DNA of 64,000 nucleotides from a bacterium (GTDB lineage: Bacteria > Patescibacteriota > Microgenomatia > Curtissbacterales > GWA2-41-24): assembly GCA_021813125.1 (NCBI GenBank), contig JAKALT010000003.1, positions 7,800-71,799 on the forward strand. Direction: 5' to 3'. The position numbers and the translations under genes are program-made. The notes under the pieces were generated by a model, which was not told the DNA's origin, did no database searches, and saw nothing but the letters and a program-made list of their open reading frames with translations. Positions 9,714 through 18,829 of the stretch are shown piece after piece (the stretch's first letter is position 1; each line of letters begins with the position of its first letter).

Positions 9714-9876
9714 GTAGATAGTGCACGTTTGGAAACCAAAGGGTATGGGCTTGGTCTGGCAATCGTTCAGGCAGTTGTTAAGTAACATCATGGAACAACT
9801 GCTGTTACATTCTACACCTCGTAAGAAGTCAACATTTAGCATTTTACTACGGTATATCTATCCAAGTGTGCTTTAA
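9705..9876 (+). pseudogene. Remnant of a sensor histidine kinase HATPase C-terminus
   Basis: FYRVDSARLETKGYGLGLAIVQAVVK*HHG...STFSILL (F box and G2 box) with an in-frame stop and a frameshift. Confidence 0.8.
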
Positions 9877-10751
9877 ATTGTGTAGAGAAATCCGAGGAAG
9901 TCAAGATACCACGGTTTGTCAGAAGAGATAACTGTACCATTTTGAGCGTTTATTTTTGTCTCAATAGTGGCATTGACAGGAATAAGTCCAACGAATTTTC
10001 GTTTCTGCATACCAGAAATGTCATAGTATGCCTGACCGTTTTGTTCCCCAAGAACTGCTGATTGAATAACGGTTGGTTTGTCACTCTGCTTCAGATCATT
10101 GACAGCTTGCGAAGGAAGAGTGCTGATAACAGTTACTCCGGTTGCTGTTTTAATACCAATAGTCTGTGATTTTGGGTCAATAACAACAGGCTGGTTGGTT
10201 GTTACCGTGATACCATTATTAACAAGTGTTACTGTCCCATTACTGCCTACACTTATCTGAACCGCCCCTGCCTCGGGATCCTGTATAGAAATAAGGGAAG
10301 TTTTGGAAGGCGGTACTGTTTTTTCTGTCTTAGTGCCGTCTGTCTTTTCAAGCTTAAGCGTTCCTTCGCTCGGCGTATTGGAGGTTGGGTGGACTTCTAC
10401 TTTTTCAACATTACCCTGCTGGACTTGGTTTTCAACTTCATGCTGAACATCTTTTGCTTCCTGCTCATGCTCTACTTCTTGCGCTTCTGGGGCTTCCGCG
10501 GGCTCAGGGGTTTCTACAGGTTCCTCCTCTTCAACGGTTTCCTGTTTTTCCACTTGTTCTTTCCAGGAGTTATTTGATTTCTCCCCTAAAACGTGGTTTG
10601 AACTGATTCCAACTTGAGAGAGAAATATGCCTCCCAAGATAAGAAGCGAAATAATGAGAGCTGAAAGTAAAAGACGTAAATAGGAACCTTTAGTTTTATT
10701 CGTAGAAAAGCTTTGCTTATTTACTTTACTTTTAGATTTTGACTTTTTCAT
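9873..10751 (-). CDS. Secreted/membrane-anchored protein with acidic linker and PepSY-like C-terminus
   Basis: N-terminal TM, E/P-rich linker, YYDI..KFVGLIPV..KINAQNGTVI..KPW; unrelated to the array family. Confidence 0.7.
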   Translation of the reverse strand: MKKSKSKSKVNKQSFSTNKTKGSYLRLLLSALIISLLILGGIFLSQVGISSNHVLGEKSNNSWKEQVEKQETVEEEEPVETPEPAEAPEAQEVEHEQEAKDVQHEVENQVQQGNVEKVEVHPTSNTPSEGTLKLEKTDGTKTEKTVPPSKTSLISIQDPEAGAVQISVGSNGTVTLVNNGITVTTNQPVVIDPKSQTIGIKTATGVTVISTLPSQAVNDLKQSDKPTVIQSAVLGEQNGQAYYDISGMQKRKFVGLIPVNATIETKINAQNGTVISSDKPWYLDFLGFLYTI

Positions 10752-10809
10752 AAAAAGACTTCTATTTCAGAATCTCAAATAGAAATCATAAAGTCAAGAC
10801 TTCGGACAG

Positions 10810-11658
10810 TTAATTTAGAAATTTAAATGTCGAAAGGATTTGGTCAAAATTATTTTTTACAGGAAGATCAAGAGTAAAATCATATAGAATTCCGTTATTT
10901 ACAAACTCCAAGCGTTTTACATAACCACTAGTTAAAAAAACAATTCCTTTTACTCCATCAATAGTGATGTATGTAAAATTTGTATTCTTCACATCTTTCC
11001 TGTAATCCTTTTCAATTATTGCTAATGTGGTTGTTGATGCTTCATAAGTATTAATAAAAAAGGTATTACCTAAGTCGGAAGTTGAGCCTTGGACCCCAAC
11101 CGATGCTGTATTTCCAATATCTTTATCTCCTTCAACACCACTTACTACTTCCGTATCTATTGGATACTTGAATGAATATTTATATTTTGAATTTGTATAC
11201 GTTTTCCAATTTGCAGTTTTGTCCCTTTTGAAATAATCGCCTTTTGACTTACAGGTGATTACATTTTGCCCTATTAATTGACCCGAAGCTTTTACAAATT
11301 CACCCTCTTTTGGCCAAGGAGAGTCTTGATCACAAAATACACCTGCCAGTTCTCTTTGCGGTACATTTACAGTGTAAACCGTGTTTTCTGACTGGACTTT
11401 AAAAGCAGCAAAATCGAACCCAGTTTTAATATCATTTCCAATAACTTTCCCGGAAATAGTCAAAACAGAGGTTTCATTATCTTTATTTGCAGAGCTAGGT
11501 GTTGATTGTTGTTCCGTTTGCGAAGAAGGTACCGAATCCCAATCTTTATAATTTAGCAAAGCGAAAGGAATTGCATGCATAAAAGCAAAATAGACAAATG
11601 GAATAAGAATGATCAATGCAACGATAATTATTAAAATCGGTGCAAAACCTTTTTTCAT
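10810..11658 (-). CDS. Pilin-leader surface protein with extra Cys-pair beta module plus PsbP-like domain (array member)
   Basis: MKKG|FAPIL; CDxxSPWPKE..ITC..GDYFK module shared with 14935..15801; KTANWKTYTN..KYP; FDQILSTFKFLN. Confidence 0.82.
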   Translation of the reverse strand: MKKGFAPILIIIVALIILIPFVYFAFMHAIPFALLNYKDWDSVPSSQTEQQSTPSSANKDNETSVLTISGKVIGNDIKTGFDFAAFKVQSENTVYTVNVPQRELAGVFCDQDSPWPKEGEFVKASGQLIGQNVITCKSKGDYFKRDKTANWKTYTNSKYKYSFKYPIDTEVVSGVEGDKDIGNTASVGVQGSTSDLGNTFFINTYEASTTTLAIIEKDYRKDVKNTNFTYITIDGVKGIVFLTSGYVKRLEFVNNGILYDFTLDLPVKNNFDQILSTFKFLN

Positions 11659-12848
11659 TGTGTGAATTTGAATGTCGAGAGAATTCGACTTACTTCCGCG
11701 TCATTCAATTTCTCATAAGGGGATATTAATATCCTATGCACATCTTCATCTACCGGGGTTAGTAGTAGCGCCATAACCTCATCATAAGAACTTTTTACAA
11801 CAATTGACTGTTTGCCCCCTAAAGAAAAATTATTTACAGTGTTAAGATCCAAAGTTCCTTCAACATCATTTACTTTTCCTTTTTTTGATGCCAAGTCTTT
11901 GTACCAATCTATTGGTTTACTGTATCCAGGTACTTCTTGGGGGTTAATATTACTTAAAATACGGATGTAAATATAATCTTGCGGATAACCGCTTTTTGGG
12001 TAACGCGGTTTAGCTTGTGATTCTTTTGTGGCAAAGTTTTGGTTCCTGATATAAACATCGTCCTCTGAATCATTATTGATCAACCACGTACTTGGATACT
12101 TTATGGAATACCCTAATTTTGTATTTGTATATGTTTTCCAGTTTGCAGTTTCGTTGGAAGTTAATTTAAATGCCGAGATCATATCATCAAGTATCGGCAT
12201 ATACTTTATTGGATCATCCTCAGAAGTAAGGATAAAATGATACATAACATTGTTGTGGACAAATAATTTTGTCAATGATTTTCCGGTTGAATCTGCTGTG
12301 CATTTAGAAAGAGGCTTCGGGGCTTGAATACAAATTTCTTGATCGTATTGCAAGCCGTCAATCTTCCCCAATGAGCCTATATTTAAAGTTATCGGTGTCG
12401 GATTATCAGGTGGTGGACCTGACGATCTAGGATCCTTAAAAAAATCGTTAAACCAATCCATTAATGTTGGAAATGATTCTGTATAAGCTTGGGAGGCTTG
12501 TACTTGAATAAATGCACCTTTGAATACTGTATCTTGTGCATTCAAGGGCGCCTGAAAATCGGGAGACATAAAATATAAGAATGCCTTTGATTGCCAATCG
12601 GGTGGATATTTAATAGAAAAATGATAGAGTGCTGGGTTTTGTGTTGTTACAAAATCTGCTGCATTATACGTTTTCCATTTTGCAGTTTCATCTGCTGAAA
12701 CCGACGGAGACGCCTGTGTTTCAATTTTTTGGCCAACTGCTGGAGATTTTTTGAGGAATTTCTGGTATCCAAATATTGCAGCCGCACCAAAAGCAAGTGC
12801 AATTACTGTAACTATAATAATTTGTACAAAACCGCGGCGGGCAGACAC
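11655..12848 (-). CDS. Pilin-leader surface protein, two PsbP-like domains (array member)
   Basis: GTG start at VSARRG|FVQII avoids overlap with relE; ETAKWKTY..KYP, ETANWKTYTN..KYP, RILSTFKFTQ. Confidence 0.82.
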   Translation of the reverse strand: MSARRGFVQIIIVTVIALAFGAAAIFGYQKFLKKSPAVGQKIETQASPSVSADETAKWKTYNAADFVTTQNPALYHFSIKYPPDWQSKAFLYFMSPDFQAPLNAQDTVFKGAFIQVQASQAYTESFPTLMDWFNDFFKDPRSSGPPPDNPTPITLNIGSLGKIDGLQYDQEICIQAPKPLSKCTADSTGKSLTKLFVHNNVMYHFILTSEDDPIKYMPILDDMISAFKLTSNETANWKTYTNTKLGYSIKYPSTWLINNDSEDDVYIRNQNFATKESQAKPRYPKSGYPQDYIYIRILSNINPQEVPGYSKPIDWYKDLASKKGKVNDVEGTLDLNTVNNFSLGGKQSIVVKSSYDEVMALLLTPVDEDVHRILISPYEKLNDAEVSRILSTFKFTQ

Positions 12849-12852
12849 ACTT

Positions 12853-13110
12853 TTAGTATATATCTTTTCTATAAGCGACATCTTCAAAATATATTGATTT
12901 TGCCTTGTCATCAACAAAATAAATTACCCTGACTTTACCTACCCTTAGCCTCCACGCACTGCTTCCTGCCAAATGCTTTACTTTTTTGCCTTTTGGAAAT
13001 GGATCCAAAGCTAATTTCTCTATCTCTGAAATTACCCTCTTTTTATCCTGCTTGTGAAGTTTTTTTAATTGTTTGTCAAAGCCTTGCGAAAATTGGAGCT
13101 TGTACGGCAT
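12853..13110 (-). CDS. RelE/ParE family toxin
   Basis: 85 aa, basic; FDKQLKKL, WRLRVGKVRVIY, YRKDIY. Confidence 0.92.
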   Translation of the reverse strand: MPYKLQFSQGFDKQLKKLHKQDKKRVISEIEKLALDPFPKGKKVKHLAGSSAWRLRVGKVRVIYFVDDKAKSIYFEDVAYRKDIY

Positions 13111-13382
13111 TAAAGACTATGTCTTTTTTTAATTTCATCCAGGCTAAAATATTTTCCACGGCCTGCAGTTTTTTCAAGTTTCCTGGCAACTATTGCATCC
13201 TCTAAATCTTCTATCGTTTCTTTAAGCTGGGAAAATTCTTCAATGGACATAATGACTGCTTTTGGTTTGGAATGGTGGTATAGAAATACAGGCTCGGCGG
13301 TTTTTTCAACTTGATCCAAAAGTTCCAGCGCTTTTTCGCGCATATCTGTAATGGTTTTTGTATTTTGTGCGGTAGGTATCAT
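13110..13382 (-). CDS. Phd/YefM family antitoxin
   Basis: TITDMRE..PVFL..KPKAVIMSIEEF..IEDLED; 1-nt overlap with toxin. Confidence 0.9.
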   Translation of the reverse strand: MIPTAQNTKTITDMREKALELLDQVEKTAEPVFLYHHSKPKAVIMSIEEFSQLKETIEDLEDAIVARKLEKTAGRGKYFSLDEIKKRHSL

Positions 13383-13396
13383 ATTTATCTTAGGTT

Positions 13397-13425
13397 AGTA
13401 TAAGATTAATCTAAGATTTTGTCAA
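13397..13425 (-). promoter_or_regulatory. Toxin-antitoxin promoter/operator
   Basis: TTGACA(13425-13420)-17bp-TATACT(13402-13397) with palindrome AGATTAATCT (13403-13412) in the spacer; the -35 box overlaps the TGA stop of the upstream array gene. Confidence 0.8.
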
Positions 13426-14258
13426 TTGGTAAATTTAAAGGTGGAGAGTATTTGGTCGAAAAGACGTACTTCATCTCGAAAAGGAATTTCTACTAATATG
13501 GAGTAGCCATTATTTTTATTTTCAGCGTATATAGATTTAATATAAGAATAAGTCTTTGTATTTGAAGGTTTATCCAGACTCTCTTCTTCAATAACACCTT
13601 CTTTTGCATGAACACCATCTAGATTCACACTTTTTATGTTTTTGAGGTCACGAAAAACACTTTCGCTAAAATCTTTACCTTGCCTCTCTTTATATTGGAT
13701 TAAGTATTCTTTGGAAAAATAGTATACCGTCAAAACTGAGTATTGGGCAGAAATATTACGTTCATGTCCTTCTATTACAAAGACCGGTATACCGAAGCTA
13801 GAATCTTCATAAACCTTAAAATCTGAAGGGTAAGAAATTTGAAATCCACGCTTTTGGTTTGTGTACGTTTTCCAATTCGTAGTTTCGGCTGTTTTAACTG
13901 TTTGTGGAGATGTATATTCATGCGATGAAAGTTTATAAACTGTACCGATAAAAGACACAAAATAAGTATCTGCTGTCGGGGTTTTAGATAATGATGGACA
14001 ACTTATGACAATTGTAGTTTGCCTGCCAAAATCGAAATAATCTTTCAAATTAAATTTGTTGACGTCAGCAGGGAAAGTGGTTTTATAATCATAAACAACT
14101 TTAGGGAGTTTGAACTCTTCGCAGGGTGGTTTTATAGTTGATAGCACTTTTTGTTTTGCAAAATTGTCGGTAACCCATGGAGCCCAAGCTGCTATAGAAA
14201 TCAATGAAATTAGAAAAATTAATCCTACAATTATTATTTGTGCAAAGCCTTTCTTCAT
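13422..14258 (-). CDS. Pilin-leader surface protein with WAPW/Cys module plus PsbP-like domain (array member)
   Basis: MKKG|FAQII; WAPW..C..FG..C..YFVSF.GTV module shared with 18029..18829; ETTNWKTYTN; FDQILSTFKFTN. Confidence 0.82.
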   Translation of the reverse strand: MKKGFAQIIIVGLIFLISLISIAAWAPWVTDNFAKQKVLSTIKPPCEEFKLPKVVYDYKTTFPADVNKFNLKDYFDFGRQTTIVISCPSLSKTPTADTYFVSFIGTVYKLSSHEYTSPQTVKTAETTNWKTYTNQKRGFQISYPSDFKVYEDSSFGIPVFVIEGHERNISAQYSVLTVYYFSKEYLIQYKERQGKDFSESVFRDLKNIKSVNLDGVHAKEGVIEEESLDKPSNTKTYSYIKSIYAENKNNGYSILVEIPFRDEVRLFDQILSTFKFTN

Positions 14259-14938
14259 AGGAATTTGAAGGTACCGAGGATTTGACTTGATTTTGAATCA
14301 TAATCTTCTTGTTTCAAACAATTCGAAGTCACGTCTTTTTCGCAAGGCCGGTAATTAAATTCTATTGTTATTATGTGTTCTTTAGACGGACTTAAAAGAA
14401 ATATTCTTTCTTGCTTTTCTGTTATTCCTTGATCAACATAGGTATAGAGAAACTTTTTTGTCTTAATATAATTTCCAACAATTACTTGTTTACAATCTTC
14501 CTCTTTCAAAAAAGTGCAGTCAGCAAGTGCTTCTTGGGATTTTACCGGCTCATCGTTACTTTCGGTTCTAACCTGAAAACCAAGATCTGAAAAGTTATTA
14601 TCTGGCCCGAAGCCTGGACTGAAGAAACAAAAAGTATTCTCATCTCCGGGGGAACCACCAGGGATTGCACAACTTTTGCCACCGTTTATTATCCGATAAT
14701 CTCCTGGGTAAGAAATTTGCCAACCTGATTTATCTGATTTATACGTTTTCCAATTCGCAGTTTGGTCTTGAGTCGTTGGAGATGGCAAAGATGCTAAATG
14801 GTCCTTTGTTAAAATTGGCGGGCCTTCTTCTTTCCAATTATTATATTTTTGATCATAAAATCTTAAGCCAATAACAGCAGCAACCAAAGTTAAAATTACT
14901 AAGATAATTATTAAAACCGGTGCAAAGCCTTTTTTCAT
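14255..14938 (-). CDS. Pilin-leader surface protein, one Cys-rich PsbP-like domain (array member)
   Basis: MKKG|FAPVL; QTANWKTYKS..ISYP; QILGTFKFL. Confidence 0.82.
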   Translation of the reverse strand: MKKGFAPVLIIILVILTLVAAVIGLRFYDQKYNNWKEEGPPILTKDHLASLPSPTTQDQTANWKTYKSDKSGWQISYPGDYRIINGGKSCAIPGGSPGDENTFCFFSPGFGPDNNFSDLGFQVRTESNDEPVKSQEALADCTFLKEEDCKQVIVGNYIKTKKFLYTYVDQGITEKQERIFLLSPSKEHIITIEFNYRPCEKDVTSNCLKQEDYDSKSSQILGTFKFL

Positions 14939-15801
14939 TGTGTAAATTTGAATGTCGAAATCATTGAATCGAAAATGGAATATATATTTTGCCTAAAATC
15001 CTTAGTTCCCCATGCTTGGATGAGATAACCGTCACTATTGTTCGCAACAACAACATATTTAAACTCTTCTGTCATCCCCTCAGCAGCAGATGCTATACCG
15101 GAATAAGCTGATTTACCATTAAGATTAAGGCTGAATTTTGATTGGATGTTTTCTCCGTGTAAAAAGTAATCAAAGGAAACAGCCAGTGAATTGTTATTAA
15201 TTTCTTTTTTAAGAATTCGCACTGTGCCACCTTGCGTTAAAATATCTTTTGTATCAGCAATTTTGTCAGGTGAAGAAAAAGCAATATCAAAGGTTTTATC
15301 ACTTATAAATTCAGACAGTTTATAATCTGGTGGATATTTTATAGAAAAAGAATCTTTTGTATACGTTTTCCAGTTCGCAGTTTCGTCAGTTTTAAAATAA
15401 TCGCCACTTCCCCCACAAGTAATCTCTTTTTCACCAGTCAAAACTCCTTTTGCGCTTACTTTACTATTTTCTTTAGGCCAAGGAGATTCCATATCGCAAA
15501 TTCTTGAAGGATCATATTTATTTGGGGTGTTTAATTTATAAATACCGTTGTCTGTTTGAATACTGAATATTGTATATTCATCAGTCTGAGTTAAACCTGG
15601 GAGCAAAACTCCATTTACAATAACCGATGAGGATAATTTTTTAGGTGTAGGTGTTGGAAGCGTATTTTGTTTATAAGTATTTAGCCCCGTAGGGTTTATT
15701 GGAATATTATTTTTTTGATAATAAAAATATGCAAAACTACCTATACCAATAATAATTGCCGCGGCCATCAAAAATATTAATAGTACAAAGCCTTTTTTCA
15801 T
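14935..15801 (-). CDS. Pilin-leader surface protein with extra Cys-pair beta module plus PsbP-like domain (array member)
   Basis: MKKG|FVLLI; CDMESPWPKE..ITC..GDYFK; ETANWKTY..KYP; FDSMISTFKFTQ. Confidence 0.82.
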   Translation of the reverse strand: MKKGFVLLIFLMAAAIIIGIGSFAYFYYQKNNIPINPTGLNTYKQNTLPTPTPKKLSSSVIVNGVLLPGLTQTDEYTIFSIQTDNGIYKLNTPNKYDPSRICDMESPWPKENSKVSAKGVLTGEKEITCGGSGDYFKTDETANWKTYTKDSFSIKYPPDYKLSEFISDKTFDIAFSSPDKIADTKDILTQGGTVRILKKEINNNSLAVSFDYFLHGENIQSKFSLNLNGKSAYSGIASAAEGMTEEFKYVVVANNSDGYLIQAWGTKDFRQNIYSIFDSMISTFKFTQ

Positions 15802-16856
15802 TGAGATGTTTGAATCGTAGAGAAAATTTTTAATATCACCTCTCTATTATCCTTATATGGAGAGTGAGCTGTTGCATCTCCATAAACGATTGGAAATACA
15901 TTTGAACCTCGCCAACCAAAAAGTCTCCACCATTCGGTACCGTCCGAGTTTACACCGTGGCAAGATTTTACCGTCTGGTCTTTTAAGCTAAGGCTGTAAT
16001 TTTGTTCGCAACCTCCAGCCCCAAATTGTGTAGCCCACCCTATTTCAATCAAACCTTCTTTCCCTCGTAAGGTAATCCCATCTTCTTGTATATCCATCTT
16101 TGGTTTTTGAGTAATTGTCCAGTCAGGTGGATATTTAAGCAAGAAATTGGCTTGATTATTCGTATACGTTTTCCAATTTGCAGTTTCGTCAGAAGTGAAT
16201 TTAAATGTTGAGAGGATTTGGTTGAATAGTGGATCTATTTTTGATCCCGGCCCAGAACTTTCAGCGGGAATATAAATCCAGAAACCTTTTCCATTTCTAT
16301 TAAACTTTATGACACTTCCCCCTTCACCACCGAATGTCCCTCGATTATAAATAAGGTTTGCTTCTTGTCCAGCTAATTGGATTTTTGTTGATTTTTCGCT
16401 TTGGCTGAGCGTATTAATGTTTATTTCCTTTGGCTCAATGCTTACTTGGAATTGAGTTCCGTCTTCTCCTGGAATATTACAATTTTTGACATCTTCGGAA
16501 CTATACCAACTTAAATCCGGTTTTTGTAACTTAAACCTTGCCCAAAGTTTCCCGCCTGTTCTAAAACAACCCTCTGGATATTCCAGAAAGAGTTTATCTT
16601 CAGGATATTTAAAACTTAAGCCAACTTCTTCAAAAGTATATGTTTTCCAGTTTGCCCCGATTAAATCTGGGTTTGCAGTTTCATCTGGCACTGGTGCTGT
16701 CGATGACTGTGGAGATTCATATAATTTCGGACCCCCGCAGCCAATGGGGCTTTTGCATGGATCAAATAATCCAATTGTGTAATAAATAGTGTAACCCAGA
16801 AAAACGATAGCGGCTAAAACAATTATTACTATTATCGGTACGAAGCCTTTTTTCAT
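15798..16856 (-). CDS. Pilin-leader surface protein, two PsbP-like domains (array member)
   Basis: MKKG|FVPII; ETAN[PDLIGAN]WKTY; FNQILSTFKFTSDETANWKTYTN; domain 2 homologous to domain 2 of 19544..20557. Confidence 0.82.
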   Translation of the reverse strand: MKKGFVPIIVIIVLAAIVFLGYTIYYTIGLFDPCKSPIGCGGPKLYESPQSSTAPVPDETANPDLIGANWKTYTFEEVGLSFKYPEDKLFLEYPEGCFRTGGKLWARFKLQKPDLSWYSSEDVKNCNIPGEDGTQFQVSIEPKEININTLSQSEKSTKIQLAGQEANLIYNRGTFGGEGGSVIKFNRNGKGFWIYIPAESSGPGSKIDPLFNQILSTFKFTSDETANWKTYTNNQANFLLKYPPDWTITQKPKMDIQEDGITLRGKEGLIEIGWATQFGAGGCEQNYSLSLKDQTVKSCHGVNSDGTEWWRLFGWRGSNVFPIVYGDATAHSPYKDNREVILKIFSTIQTSQ

Positions 16857-17959
16857 TGTGTGAATTTAAATGTCGAGAGAATCTGCCCAATTTTTGCTTG
16901 ACAATTGCTATCAGGTGTCCAAGACCAAATGATTAATGGGTCAACTTTAGATTTAAACGTGTCGGAAAAGTAATAATTAAAAATGCCACTGCCTCCTTCT
17001 GTTTTCGACCATGACCTTAATGTAAACGCTTTATTATCAATGTTAATTTTACTTTCCTTCATATACGAAGTAGGACCACTACTTCCACCTATAGAGGCAA
17101 TGTACAAAGTACAACCCTTACCATCGGTTACTAACTCGTTACTTGTCTCATAAATACGAACGTACGGGTCAAGTTTAACCTGGCTACTCTTTGCATTTTG
17201 AATATACTGCCAATCAGGTGGGTATTTAAATTCAATATAGAATTTGCTGCTTTTTAAGGTTTTCAAGTTCGCCCCGACTGAATCAGGGTTTGCAGTTTCG
17301 TCGGATATGAATTTAAAGGTGGAAAGAATTTGGTCAAATGTTTTCATAAAATCGTTTCTATAACCCGCTTGTAAAAACTGCGCAGTGATTTCCCAAAGCG
17401 TTCCATTATGGTCTATGTATACATATGTGTCGTAGTGTGACATAGCATCCAATCCTGCGCCTCGTGCGTCAACTTTGAGCTTAATGGATGGAAATCCCGC
17501 AATTGTTAAATTAGTTTTTGTAGGTGTTTTGTCTCCGTTAAAATTGCCGTTTTTAAAAATTTCCGGCAATTTAGTGATTTTGCCGTCTTTCGCATTTCTA
17601 AAAAAATCAAACGCCTCCCTTTCCTTTAATAAACTGGGTCCAATATAAATTAGGACGGATTTTGATTCGGATCCGTAATTGCTTAAAATCACGCCTTTTT
17701 TAGTCCACAACTCACCTGTATGCGGCTCCAGAATATCTCCAGGATATTTTATAGAAAATCCGAACGTATTATCCTCATATGTTTTCCAGTTTGCAGTTTC
17801 GTCTGCAGATCCCAAGGGCGAAGCTTGCGTTTCATTCTTTTGGTCAACAACTGGAGGTTTCTTGAGGTATTTCTGATAGCCAAACATTGCAACCGCGCCA
17901 ATCAAAAGCGCAATTACTGCAACGGCAATAATTTGTGCAAATCCTCGGGCAGGTTTCAC
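16853..17959 (-). CDS. Pilin-leader surface protein, two PsbP-like domains (array member)
   Basis: MKPARG|FAQII..GYQKYLKKPPVVDQK; ETANWKTY; FDQILSTFKFISDETAN[PDSVGAN]LKT; GQILSTFKFTQ. Confidence 0.82.
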   Translation of the reverse strand: MKPARGFAQIIAVAVIALLIGAVAMFGYQKYLKKPPVVDQKNETQASPLGSADETANWKTYEDNTFGFSIKYPGDILEPHTGELWTKKGVILSNYGSESKSVLIYIGPSLLKEREAFDFFRNAKDGKITKLPEIFKNGNFNGDKTPTKTNLTIAGFPSIKLKVDARGAGLDAMSHYDTYVYIDHNGTLWEITAQFLQAGYRNDFMKTFDQILSTFKFISDETANPDSVGANLKTLKSSKFYIEFKYPPDWQYIQNAKSSQVKLDPYVRIYETSNELVTDGKGCTLYIASIGGSSGPTSYMKESKINIDNKAFTLRSWSKTEGGSGIFNYYFSDTFKSKVDPLIIWSWTPDSNCQAKIGQILSTFKFTQ

Positions 17960-17966
17960 TAATTTA

Positions 17967-17995
17967 ATCGTAGATCTAAAACAGCAGGTTGTAAA
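17967..17995 (-). promoter_or_regulatory. Sigma70 promoter, leaderless transcript
   Basis: TTTACA-17bp-TACGAT, 7 nt before GTG 17959; paralogous to 7949-7977. Confidence 0.7.
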
Positions 17996-18028
17996 TACAT
18001 TACAAGGACAGCCCTTGATCTAAAAGAA

Positions 18029-18829
18029 TTAATTTGTGAATTTAAATGTCGAAAGGATTTGGTCAAAAAGATTCTTATCCTTTAAAAGAACGGAATAAAT
18101 CTCAATTGTTTTATTTTTATCTTTATTTGGGACCCAGGCGTGTATTTGGCCATTTCCATCAACTCTCCAATAGACAAGATGTCCATTCAGATTAATTTTT
18201 TTGCTTTCTTTAATTTCCATCGGTATGCAACCAATCTCACTATTGCCATCACCACTCCCTCCACACGGAGTACTTTGCCATTGTTCTTCTGCATATTCCT
18301 TGCTTCCATCGTTCCATTCGATAATACTTATATCGATTGCATTATCACCCATTGAAACATCATCCATCTCATTCACAGTCCAATTACCTGGATAAGAAAT
18401 TTGATACAAATTGTCTTTAGATTTGTATGTTTTCCAATTCGCCGTTTCGTTGGTTGTGTTTTTGGTTTGCTGGATTTGACTCTTGAGAAGTATAGGTGTG
18501 CTTTCTTTTAGCTTTACAGTTCCAAGAAAAGATACAAAATATATGTTTTTAGTACTTTTTCCGTCGCAGATAACATATAGGGTAGTTTCTTTACCAAATG
18601 GTGGCACTAAACCTAATTGTTCAGGTAAAGTAGGCTTTTTCCAATATGGATTAATTATAGGTGGTGCATATTCATTCTGCGTTAACTGGCGACAGGATGG
18701 ATTGAGGGATTTTAAGGCTTTTTGATAGGCAAATTGGTTAGTTATCCATGGCGCCCAAGCAGTGATATAAATCAATGAAATTAGAACAATTAATCCTACA
18801 ATAATAATTTGTACAAAGCCTTTTTTCAT
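18029..18829 (-). CDS. Pilin-leader surface protein with WAPW/Cys module plus PsbP-like domain (array member)
   Basis: MKKG|FVQII; WAPW module; ETANWKTYKS..ISYP; FDQILSTFKFTN. Confidence 0.82.
   Translation of the reverse strand: MKKGFVQIIIVGLIVLISLIYITAWAPWITNQFAYQKALKSLNPSCRQLTQNEYAPPIINPYWKKPTLPEQLGLVPPFGKETTLYVICDGKSTKNIYFVSFLGTVKLKESTPILLKSQIQQTKNTTNETANWKTYKSKDNLYQISYPGNWTVNEMDDVSMGDNAIDISIIEWNDGSKEYAEEQWQSTPCGGSGDGNSEIGCIPMEIKESKKINLNGHLVYWRVDGNGQIHAWVPNKDKNKTIEIYSVLLKDKNLFDQILSTFKFTN

Noticed and set aside
9495-9842. 115-aa ORF from the track as a real gene
   Set aside because: Chimeric read-through of the antisense kinase remnant into the frameshifted array fragment
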